Of a stretch of DNA of 34,672 bases, positions 1 to 11,600 are shown in pieces (position 1 is the first letter of the stretch; the number at the start of each line of letters is the position of its first letter). The stretch comes from Azolla caroliniana (Eukaryota; Plantae; Polypodiophyta): positions 1-34,672 of the forward strand of contig JBHGNT010000327.1 of NCBI GenBank assembly GCA_043228905.1, given 5' to 3'. A program made the translations under genes and the position numbers. A model generated the notes under the pieces. It ran no database searches. It was not told where the DNA came from and was given only the letters and a program-made list of their open reading frames with translations.

Positions 1-931
1 TTGAAGCAGCATTAGATTCACCTCTTGGGACTGGTCCTCAAGCACCTGCGAAAAAACCATTGGTGGTGGTCATCAGTGGACCGAGCGGAGTTGGTAAAGA
101 TGCAGTTATCAATGTAAGCCATTATTAATTTCTTACAACTTTGAAATAATTTTGCATACATTTGAGATGCAAATTTAGTTTGAGAAAGGAAATGGAATGT
201 CATGTTAATTTTTCTAGAAGGTAAGGCAAAAATGCTGTCTGATATATGAGAGGAAGAGAGTGATGGCTCATGTATATCCATAGAGACTCCAAGCAGAGAG
301 GAAGGAGATTCATTTTGTGGTGACAGCTACAACTCGAGCTAAACGACCTGGAGAAATCGATGGCAAGGACTACTTTTTCCTTTCAAAGGAGCAGTTTGAA
401 TCAATGATAAAGAATGAGGAGCTTCTAGAGTATGCAATTGTCTATGGGGATTTCAAGGGTATACCCAAGCAACAGGTTTAGATATATACTTTATTTCATT
501 AAACTATACTTGATATATCCTCATGGACTTGCATGTAGTATTTTGTACCTTTTTATGCTGTGTTATCACAATGAAGAAACGCGACTTTACAGGTTCGGGA
601 TTGCCTTGCCAAAGGTTTCGATGTGGTGCTCCGGGTCGATGTTCAAGGAGCTGCGACCATTCGATCTATTATGGGAAAAAGCGCAGTTTTTATCTTTTTA
701 GTTGCTGAGAGTGAAACAGCCCTTGTAAAGAGGCTTGTTGAGAGGAAAACTGAGACGAGGGAGAAGTTATTAGTTCGGATTGCCACTGCTAGAGAGGAAC
801 TTAAGAGAATGGAAGAATTTGACTATGTGGTCGTCAATGCAGATGGCCAGTTGGAAAAAACAGCATCATTAATTAGCCACATTATTGATGCTGAAAAAGC
901 ACGTGTACACCAAAAAGAGGTGGGATTATGA
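1..931 (+). CDS. GK3: Guanylate kinase, plastid/mitochondrial type (5'-partial; exons <1-113, 284-475, 593-931)
   Basis: Frame starting at nt 3 gives ...[20 protein letters not shown] (P-loop). After GT114..AG283 it reads [32 protein letters not shown]...[18 protein letters not shown] (GK signature TTRxxRxGExxGxDYxF). After GT476..AG592 it reads [24 protein letters not shown]...FDYVVVN...KEVGL* (TGA 929-931). Both introns are phase 0. The organellar subtype (GK3/V2-like) is inferred from recalled motifs. Confidence 0.93.
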
Positions 932-1045
932 AGCTCTGAAGAAATCAGGAAGCCATATGTATGAAAAGGTGGAGCCTGCTTATGGATATGCGTAAGAGAT
1001 AAGAGAGAGTGATCACTATGCGGTGAATTTTGACCAAAAATTTTC

Positions 1046-1310
1046 AAATCTCAGTTTCCATGAGGGCAATTGATTTAATTTAGTGTTAAAATTTATTGCA
1101 TATTTTCTTTACATTTCTATTGTATTTTTCATTAGTTGAGTAGTATGGATTGCATCATATGTGCTAGGTTCAACCTGAATTTGGAATCTCAATTTCCATG
1201 AGGGCCATCAAGTTAATTTAGTGTTATGATCAGTTGCATATTTTGTTTTTCTATTGTATTTCTCATTAGTTAAAATATGCATCACAGCGTGTGCTCAAAC
1301 TTCAACATGA
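1046..1310. repeat. Diverged ~140 bp tandem duplication downstream of the guanylate kinase stop
   Basis: aatctcagtttccatgagggc..aatttagtgtta..ttgcatatttt..ttctattgtattt.tcattagtt at ~1047-1138 recurs at ~1185-1271. Each copy is followed by tgcatca..tgtgct..ttcaac.tgaa. Confidence 0.7.
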
Positions 1311-1706
1311 AAACCATGATGTTCTCATTATTACTATTAGGTTGTTTTCAACAAGCAAAAAGAGGATGCTTCGCTAGTGTTATTAGCTATATCTCAAAAA
1401 CGCAAAATATTAGCATAATGTTCAGTGCTGTGGATAGGATCATGGTTGAGATAGATTGATTAATCTATTCATGTCTTTGTGTGCATGTTCTTAACATAGT
1501 AATGGTGGTCTCATTAAGGAAAAGAGGATGCCTTGCTATTAGTTGGGAGGCCCAAAAAACAGGAAATCAGCATCATGCCACTACCTTCAATACAATGTCA
1601 TAGTTGAGAATGTGCACATCTTTTGCCGTCTCTATGGGTATATGTCACACTTTGAATTTGTAAAATAAACTTGTGCACAAGATTTCCCCTAGGATATCTG
1701 AGCTCA

Positions 1707-2030
1707 TTACTTGAACTCATGGACTTAAATCAAATATAATCTCTACATATTTCATTGAATCAGCCTTAAATTTCAGATCTAACTTACTTGAACTCATGGG
1801 TTTTCAAGCTTCATAATTCACAAATATTATGTATTGAAAAAATGTAATCTACACCTCATTGATTCAGTCTTAAATTAAAGACCTAAAGTCATCACAGTTT
1901 ATACATCGTAGCGTGCAAACATTTGTGTACCAATTCCCTTGTGCTGGCCTTAACCAAAGACCTAAAGTCATCCTTGATTAGTGCACATCACACTGTCTAT
2001 ACATCGTACTGTGCAAACATTTGTTTGTAC
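1707..2030. repeat. Mosaic of short local duplications in the intergenic region
   Basis: ttacttgaactcatgg at 1707 and 1784; aaagacctaaagtcatc at 1877 and 1956; tatacatcgta..gtgcaaacatttgt at ~1900 and ~1998. Confidence 0.65.
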
Positions 2031-2831
2031 TGCTATCATAACAGCACCAGAAAATGTTTCAGAAGTACACAATTGAAGACAAAAACTAATTTCTTTACAG
2101 CAGAGAGATATGATATGGTGAATGTAGTTTCATACCTTATTGAGAACCTATTTGGAACAAACCATCAATGTGTTCCAAATGCAGCCAATCACCAGGTCTT
2201 TTAATTACATACCCCCTAATACAAGGGAAAAGCCATCAACAGCCCACGGTGATGAATAAAGAATTTGATCCGCCCAAAAATGTGTACTATGCAGCACATT
2301 GAGTTTCCTCCCCACATTTTTTCTTTTTCTATAACCCAAATACAACCCACAAAAATGAATAAAGGGCTTACCACCGCAATGGGTTTTAGCCATGGGGCCC
2401 ATTTTACTAGTATTTCATTACACATAGCTCATGTATAAATCAAAACGTAGAATGCCACTGTATTTTTCATCCAACCAATTGGTAGTAAGATATTGTGGAT
2501 ATATATCTTCACCTAATGATCGATCAAGAAGCACTGAAAATAATATACATTTCTCCTTGGATGTGATCATCGAGGCAACTCATCAATGGTGCTGCTTGGT
2601 CTTTTTAGGAAGTCTCACATGCAACATCCAACAGAGGCTAGGCTAAGCTGGTTTACTGGATTTGGTAGTCATATTCTGATATGTTGGAGATGCACAAGAA
2701 AGACTTTGAAAACCTAAGCGGAGGTTTCCACTCAAAAATGGCGCAAAAGCAGGAATTTCGATATAAAATAGTCATCATTAGTTGTGTTGTCATCCTTTTA
2801 ACTTCGCTCTCAAACTGGATCCAAGCAATAC

Positions 2832-5800
2832 TCAAGAGAGGTTAGGACCTGGAAATGTTAGGCTTGCTTCCACAATGGTCACAGATCCTGAGAATTCAGT
2901 ATCACTCCCACTGGGGCTATCCGAACTGTCTGAAACCCACCAGCTCGAAGGATACCTTTGTTGCAAAAAGTGTTTCAATGTTTTTGAATCCACTACCTCG
3001 TCTCGGATGTCATTCATTGGTTGATTCCACGTAGGTCCTGTTGCTTTTCTTTCTTTCGGTACAAGCTTCTCCAGAAGTTTATGAACTTCAGCCCCTTTTC
3101 TTTTATCGGCACACATAACTGCTAAGCAATCAGCAGCACGTTGCTGTAAATTCGCATCCATACTCTTATCGATGAGCATTGCGAGCTTCGGGATGATATC
3201 CAAACGCAATGCTACCTCAACAGCACTACTGCTGAGACGACCTAATCGTAACATGAGCATCAAACTGCATAGCCGAGGATCAGTTCCCGTGAAACCAGCC
3301 ACTGAAGTAGGTACATTCAGATCAAGAAGAAATCCCAATGTCTGCATCAATTCTTCTGAGCTCATACAATCTGCAATGTCGGAATGAGTAGCAATACAAT
3401 GGAAAAGAAGGATTGCCACTTGAGTAAGACCTCGCCGCTCTCTGCTACTCCCACCACTAATGAAATTAAACACGGGAAAGAAGATGTCGAAATTTGAGTG
3501 GCGCAAGAGCAATGGCGGACGAAGCTTGAAAAGCAATAGCAAAGACAATAGCAATCTCCTCCTGTCATCAAAATCAAGCTCTTGGGAATCCTTTTTGCGG
3601 GGCAGTGCTCCCAACACTATGGCTTTGCGTATTTCCCTAAGGAATCGCTCCTCAAGAGCAATCCCGAAGTCAAACTCTGGATTTCGTAGAAATTGGTCAA
3701 TGAAGAAGCCACCTAGGTAAAGCTCTGGGGAGTAGTCAACATCTCCAGTATTCTTATACAAGGGCCTAGTGTCATTCTCTAGAACTGTAGCCAATGTCCA
3801 TCTCAGGAACACCGGTTGTCCTCGAGTCATTGACCATGAAGGAAGAGCTGAGAGTCCCTGATTCAAAAAGCTATCCCGTAATTTCAGCATTTCTGCTTCT
3901 AACCTTGATTTGAGATGCCATCGGCTATCTTCATCCCATACTAATCGTGGAGACCAATGCCGCCTTTCGTAAAGATCACAAGCTTTGGAAGGTTCTCGTG
4001 CAAGCATTGTCAAAAAGTCGATAGGAAACAGTAAAACCAGTGTTCTTAAACCTATGGGATCAACATTATCGTCCATACCTTTTTCAATAATTTCCAAAAG
4101 CTCATACATATCTGTAGCCCCTACAATACCTTCATTAGAAGATGCATGTCGATTGGTGACGGAGGATGTGTTTAGATGATTACTCTTGGCAATTGATCCA
4201 GTTCCCCAGAAGCTCAGGTCCTTAACAAGCTTGGTTCTCCGGCTTATACCACACCCAGCAAGCAAAACTTGACCTAGTATTTGAGCAGCCAGTAGTTGCC
4301 CAGCCTTTGTGATCTTCATTTGTTCCATATCCTCGTTTTGAGAGACTTCCTCATCAGATAGACTTGGTGGATTTAGCTTTGCAAAGATGGCCAAAACAGG
4401 AAGTAGTAACCCATCTTTTGAGAAGAAATTTGTTGCTTGTATGGTTGCAGAAATATTCTCTGCTAAAAGAAGAACAGCTTCTAGAGTAGACATTAACACT
4501 TGATCATTTCGATATCTAGAATCTCTTGCAGCCGATTGCCATAACTGAAGAGCTAAACATTGAATAAGCTCAGAACTGAATACCATGTCTCTCCCTATTT
4601 CAGAGATCGCTAAAGCTTTGACAATTGCCGCGAGTTCAATCTGAACAATTGGAAGGCTTCTCCCAGAAAGAACTATCCTTGAAAGAACAGAGTGTCTAAA
4701 TTGTACAAGAAGATCATCTCTCCCTTCCTTCACTGCATGGTTGATGCATTCTCTTAATGCTGACAATGTGTATAGGCATTTTTCGAGCTCTCCAGATTTC
4801 TGTGCTGGGATTGTAATACTCTTAACAGTCTCTTCATATTCTGGTATCCCATCTCCGATCTGCTCAACCTCATCAGGAAGCTTCTCTTTTTGCTTAACTT
4901 CATCATCAGATATTTGCTCTTTCTGCTCAGGTTCATCAGATACTTGCTCATTCTGTTCAACTCCATCCTCATCAGGAAGCTTCTCTTTTTGCTTAACTTC
5001 ATCATCAGATATTTGCTCTTTCTGCTCAGGTTCATCAGATACTTGCTCATTCTGTTCAACTTCATCGCCAGTTAGGTGTTCTTTCTGCTCAACTTCATTT
5101 TCAAATAGGTGATTCTGGTGAAATTCTTGGATATCTATTGTCTTTTCAATATCTCTGTCAGGATCATAAGATTCGGCAATGTCTGAAACCCCTTCAGCTT
5201 GAGTAACAAACAGATTAACTATATTTAACTGAAGGTAATCTTGCATGACATCCATGAAAGCATGACCAGGAGGCAAAACAAACCCTTCCCAAGATGTACT
5301 GCTTAGACCACGGACAAATAGACCTGCTGCAAGAAATTCTTCATTTAGGCATTCATAATTAAACCTATCTAACCACTCTGTCTCATTATCAATCATTATA
5401 TCTTCTTTAAGAAGAACACTATTGTGGTAACTCAATCTATCCTCAATAGATTGCAGAAGTTCAACTCTCATATCATATGTCCATATTCCTTCTGGGTGCA
5501 TGAACTCAGAGCAAACAGCTGAGATGAATTTCTCCGGACCCTCTGCTTGTAGCAAACATGCTAGAAGAGGCACAGGCATGAGTCTTGACATGACTCCATA
5601 AATGGATCTCCTTTGCTTTTCCTGCAATGATCTGTTTATCTTGATTAAACTTCTTACTAATGATGCAAGGACATCTGCCGAACTATAGAACAATGCAGAT
5701 TTTGAGTCGTGAGCTTTCAAGGTTATGTCTGCTGATGGTATGGCTAATAATAGCAACAGCAAGTACCACCCCTAGGTAGGAATACACATATACTTATCAG

Positions 5801-8658
5801 TTATAAGAAAAAAACAATGCTGAGAAAGAAAAAAAAACACTACCATAGATGCCCTATACATGCAATTCACCTGTTTAAGGACTCTATCACAGTACATTTC
5901 ATCCTCTGCAAAGTGTTTGAGACAAGTTAGAGCAGCAAAAGAAGCTGGGCTTGGGCCCCGTGGTGGCCTAGCTATAGCATCAGCTGCTGCTGAGTTGAGA
6001 ATAAACCAAAGCCCTTTCCGCCACCTCATATCTTTCCATAACAGTTCTTTCCCACTTCTGTAAACCAAGAGCAGTGGAAGAATTGTAAATACATGCTAAT
6101 CAGATCATCATTTTTAAGTCCAGGAAAAGTAGCTATACCTTGAGGATGCAATCGTGTCCAACAAAAGCAGACAACTACCAAGGGCAGTTTCAAACTTAGA
6201 ATTATTGTCAGGAACATTCTCATTGGTTTCCGCATTTGTCCCAAGAGAAAGCACACTTAATGCAAAATTTAATGAGGCTTGGGCCACATCGAATTCCCTG
6301 AAGCAACAAAGGGTTTAAAACACATTTATTTGAAATGAACAAACTAAAATTGAAAGGTGCAAACGCACATACAATGTGTGTTCATGGAACACACTAGGGA
6401 ATAATAATAGTATATCTTCTTCTACATCTCCAATACATTGTAGAAATACCAGACTTCAACAAAAAAGAGATAGGGTATAGCACATACTCTCAGTGGGATG
6501 TAAGTTCTTTCAGTCTCTGTGTTGGTGTTTGCTTAGAGCCTGAGCTAATATCTATTTAAATCCTGCGTTAATATGTGCTTAATCTCCACATTAATCTCTA
6601 TTAAGTCTACGTTAATCTCTGTAGAATCCCTGTGTTATTCTTTGCCTAATCCCTGCATTAATGTCTGCTGCGTCCTGTGTTGACCTTTGTACTAATTTCT
6701 GCCAATCTTTGGGTTCATCTCTGTACTAATCTCTGCCTTTCTAGGCTAATTCTCTAAGAGCAAACAGGTTACCCAAAATGGAAGTCTTGTTCATCGGAGA
6801 TGAGGGAAATGATGATAACTTATGCCAACCGATTAGTGGCGAGGTTAACCGCATGAGATATAATATAGAAACTCTCTTGAAATAATTATGCCATGTTAGC
6901 AGAAAAAGTAGTGGTACATGCTATGAAGAGGTTTCTATTTTTATTCAACAAGAGAGCTCTTGAAAGCTATTAAATGAGGAAGAGAGCACATTGTCAGGTT
7001 CAGAGGTTTTGTGAGACAAACAACTGGGCATTGGAAACAAAACGAACGTCGCAAGGTAGTGAATCACAGGGGCACATGGGAGGCTTACCACCTATCTCAA
7101 GAAACTGAACACAAAGGAGCCTGACAAAACCGTGAATCCCGTGCAAGAAACCTTTGTGACGGCCATACGAGAAACTCACTAATCCACCACTTCTATTGGA
7201 ACCACCATTGCACTAAATGGTTCATCTCTTGCCATTATGGGACTGCAGTAGCACTAAACGGTTCATCTCGTGACACTACAGAACAGCCTAATTACAAAAT
7301 CCAAGCTAGGGGTAATTGTTCCCACATGTCTAGCTCAACATGAGAGAACTTACGTTCTTAGGTGAGCTCTTGTGGTGAGCCATTGTGTGAACAGCCAACA
7401 CAAGGAACGCAGTGAGTTCTATCGTGGTCAGGTCATTATGATAGGTGTCTTGTCGCGGTTGGGTCACCACAATAGAACTCGGAGAGCTCTATCATGTAGA
7501 GTTCTTGCACAATGCTTGAGCTAGGCATGGTGAACAATTCTATTTTGAGCAATGCTGCTACTTGGCACAAGAAAGACCATGCATGGAAAAGTGGTAGCAG
7601 AAATTGGCGTGAAGCAACAAGATCAAGATATGAGCAACATAACAGACTACGACAAACCCTTTCTCGCCCTTGAGGATTCGTGATATACAATGGTCTGTGA
7701 CAATGGCCAAGATATCAGATACTTTTAACATGTTGGAACCCCAAGGGAGATGCAAACAACAAGCTCAAGATATGAGTGAAATAACATAATATGGCAAACC
7801 CTTTCACCCGTGATGATTTGTGATATATAATGGTCATGACAATGGCAAAGATATCAGATGCTTGTTGGAACCCCAAGGGAGCTGCAAACATGGTCGATTA
7901 CTTATGGAATCTCCATCCCTTCTACCCAAGATAACAGATGTCCCTCTCTCTAGTAGAGATCTATTGGCTTGGCAGACGATACTACATATCTATGCGTTAA
8001 GCTGAAGGATGGATGCCAAAAGAATGTATATGCTAAGAACAGGAGCAGGAAAGCTAAATATCAATGTACTTGAGATGCAATTGATGTGTATAGTTGTAGG
8101 GTATACAATAGCATGCTTGGAGCTGTTCTAGCTAGAACTCAAGAAACATAAGGAGATGTTGAAGGACAATAACACAACCACACAAGCTCTTCAACAGAAT
8201 GTCGACAATCACAACTTTCTTAGCCCGTTACTTCTGCTAAGCTACAAGTCAATTAAGGGCTATACAAGTAGCATCTTGACCAGAACATTATAAGTGGGTT
8301 ACAATAGATCAAGCAATAGCAATTTATTGGAAAATAGGCCCTGGCCTTGTGGACCATGATCTCACCAAGCCTGTCACCTAGAAATAAAGACCATTATCTC
8401 CTGCCATCTCAGGTGCTTCCCTCACTTCAGAGATCCCTCTATTCTGGATCAAGTTATGCAAGAGTTTTTCGAAGACAAATTACAATCCCTCTTACTTGAG
8501 AATCTTACATGTGTACACAAGGATATTCTTTCGTTTCTTCTATTTTTAATTAGCTACATTTATTTTGGTTTGTTGCTCTCAAAGACGAGACAACATTTTA
8601 AGATGTAATCTCGTGTTTGATATTATAGGCCATTTTGGTCTCTTAAAAGGTATTAATA

Positions 8659-8689
<31 letters not shown>

Positions 8690-11600
8690 GTCACACCTGC
8701 ACTTTCAATTGTGCGAAAACACTCTTGATCGTCGAGAATAGCAGCTCATCACATGTATTATGTGAAAACATTATTTTTGGTCATCATAGGTCAAATTTGA
8801 CCTCTGAAGTTGATAATAAAATTTCTTTCTCTCTCTCTCTCTCTCACATGCACACATATCGTACATAATCTATTTCATTGCATATATCTCTACTTCTTTA
8901 CAACCATAACAGCTTGAAATTGGACCAGGACATAAAAGATAATGAGAAAAAGAACCATTAAAACTGTATGCAATACCTTGTAGTGGCCTTGCAACAACGT
9001 CTGAGTATGGTAATGGTTTGTGTCAGAACATCAATTATCTCAGCTGGGGATTCATCTGTTTGCGCCAAACACACCCGCAATGCAGGAGCAGCGAGAGTGA
9101 TAACCACGGATTCTACGTCATTTGACAATACAAGCTGAGGGAAACGTTGAACCAAATAAGACTGTACACAAAAGCAAAACTTCCTGTCAACAAAACTGGT
9201 AACACCTCTAGATGAAATAGACAGAAATCTTCTAAAAAGCCACCAGTGCACGCAAAAGGAGGTGAATATGCGGAAGATTCGTTCTCCAAATTGCAGTTGA
9301 TGACGTCAAAGAATCTGAAGTCATTAAATCTACCGCACATTTCCTAAGGTCCTGCAGGAGCAATAAACATTCTGAAGTCATATGCAATCAATGCACGATC
9401 GCAAATACACAGATATAGACATTTCTTTCTTTCTGCCCCTTTTAATATGTCAGTCTCTCATAGTTGTTTGTATGTCTTGTCAAACGTATATTACTTATGA
9501 GCAACAGAATCAGAAATATGAGTATGTGGACAAACCAACATAAGACTGCTCAAAAATTGAAGTGGATCATTGATTTGGTAGTTTGGAAAGCGGTCTGAGT
9601 CAAGGAGGTTCTCCAAATAGAAAGGAGCTGAGAACACAGATTCTGAAAAAATGGAAAAAAGAAAAACATTAGATAGAAAAACTCGGTGAAGATTAGCATT
9701 TTAATTGGATGATTTACAGCATACATATATTATGAACAACTGGTTTTAGACAGCTATTAATTCACCTGAAAGTTCAGGATACATAAGGGGAGCTTTGGGA
9801 ATATGAATATAGAGTGCAAGAGGGTCAGAAGCTCTGAATTTCACATAAGGCTCCAATTCAGCTTTTAAGTGGTCCAACAATCGTTCCCTCATTTCTGCGC
9901 TCCAAATCACCTCCGGACTTCCTTGTTCTGAGTTCAAAATTGTGGTAAATGTGTCCGAATCCTGTCAAAACCCCTTTGTATGCATAAGCCTGGGGTCCTC
10001 AATGTTTTTCTAGATTCTTAAACATATGGAGTTCCGTTACACAGTACCTCTGACATTAGTCTTAAGATAACTCCATCTGGTAGAAAGAGCTGAAGGATGC
10101 TAGCATGCCACGGGAATTGCTCCTCAGCTTGCAAGTAATGTGGTCCGTTGAACACAGACTCTGGATCCTGTCAAATGCCTCCAATAAGTCTTTGGAACTT
10201 GGACAAGATCTATGAAGCCAAATACTATGGAATGTACATAAACATATGAAAAGCATAATGCAGGCCTTTAGATAACAAATCATAAAATATCATGGATGCA
10301 AGTGCAAATATGATTGCCTATCACCTGTAACAAATGAGATTGCCGAATGAAACCCACAATAGAGGACTTGTCAGCATCAGTCAGGTCCCCGGCTAGAAGC
10401 TTCCAAAGCAAGATTTCAAAAGCTCCAAGCTTATACAAGCGATTCATGGCATCGCTATTCACCTTCACAATGTATGCAAGTATGTCTAGAATCCTGAAAT
10501 AGAAAGAAAAGAAAGGTAAGTGAATTTTTGTGTTTGATGTGTGACAGACAATTTTCGTATTTGAAAATTTGCAAGAGTAATATTAATCAAACATTTTTTC
10601 TGTATTGGTGATCTGTAAAATATTATCTTTCCTCAATCCTTCAAAAATGTGATGGATCAGGTCCAAAATATCACTTGGTAGGAAGATGGCCCACTATAAG
10701 ACACTTTTTACACACATCAGAGGATGGATTTATCATAAAGTCATCTTATATGGGCAAATCTATCCTATGCGCTGCGCAGTGTGGTAGGGCAGCTGTGAAC
10801 TTCCTCACACCAGTTAGACATAAAGGTAGCCAGATATGCACAAATACCTTTAGAAAAACGAATTTGTAAATCGTGTCATCTAGGAGTGGAATCTTATGAA
10901 AGTATGTTTGTCATTGTGCAGTATTTTATGAAATAAGAGGGAGATACCATTGTCTCTTTAACCAATGCTTTGGTCCACTATGAGGACCAACAGGGCCTGG
11001 GCTTTTCGTGCTAGAACTCAAGAGACACATGAAGAAATTCTTGAGTACAACAATACAGCAACACAAGCCCATCAACAAAGAATAATCACAACTTTCTTTC
11101 GCCCCATCGCTCCTACTTGTGCTACAAGTCAATCAAGGGCTACACATTTCAACCAAGACATAACCAAGGGGTTACAATAGATCGGGCAATAGCAATTTCT
11201 CATGCACATAAGACCCGGCCCAATGATGATCTCACCACCCTTTTCATCAACAGATAAAAACCATTATCACCACCATTGCAGGTGCTTCTCTCACTTCGAA
11301 GACCTCTCCATTCTGGATCAAGCAATGCAAGAGATCTTTTGAAGACAAAAATTACATATCTGACTTGAGAATCTTACATGTACCGATAACGAGATTCTTT
11401 AGTCTCTTTTATCTTCTTTACGTTTTTACTTAGTAACATTTTAATTATTTGACTTGTTGTTCTCAAAGACAAGACGAAACTTGAGATGTAATCTCTTGTT
11501 TGGTCTTACAGGCCATTTTGGCCTCTTAAAAGACATCAATATATTTTTCTTACTTTCTGGTTGTTTCCTTCTGTTTCACAAGTTTCTTTTACCTATCTTT

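Noticed and set aside
4741-5112. Antisense and alternate-frame repetitive ORFs (Ser/Cys-rich, MKL-repeat)
   Set aside because: Shadows of the acidic coding repeat.
5494-5502. HPE tripeptide as a relocated J-domain HPD
   Set aside because: It is part of IWN repeat 3 (HPEGIW) and has no J-domain helical context.
2832-5762. 976-aa ORF as a stand-alone single-exon gene
   Set aside because: It starts at TTG just inside an exon with a good acceptor (AG 5773-5772) and continues in phase from upstream exons. It is the terminal exon of the RME-8-like gene.
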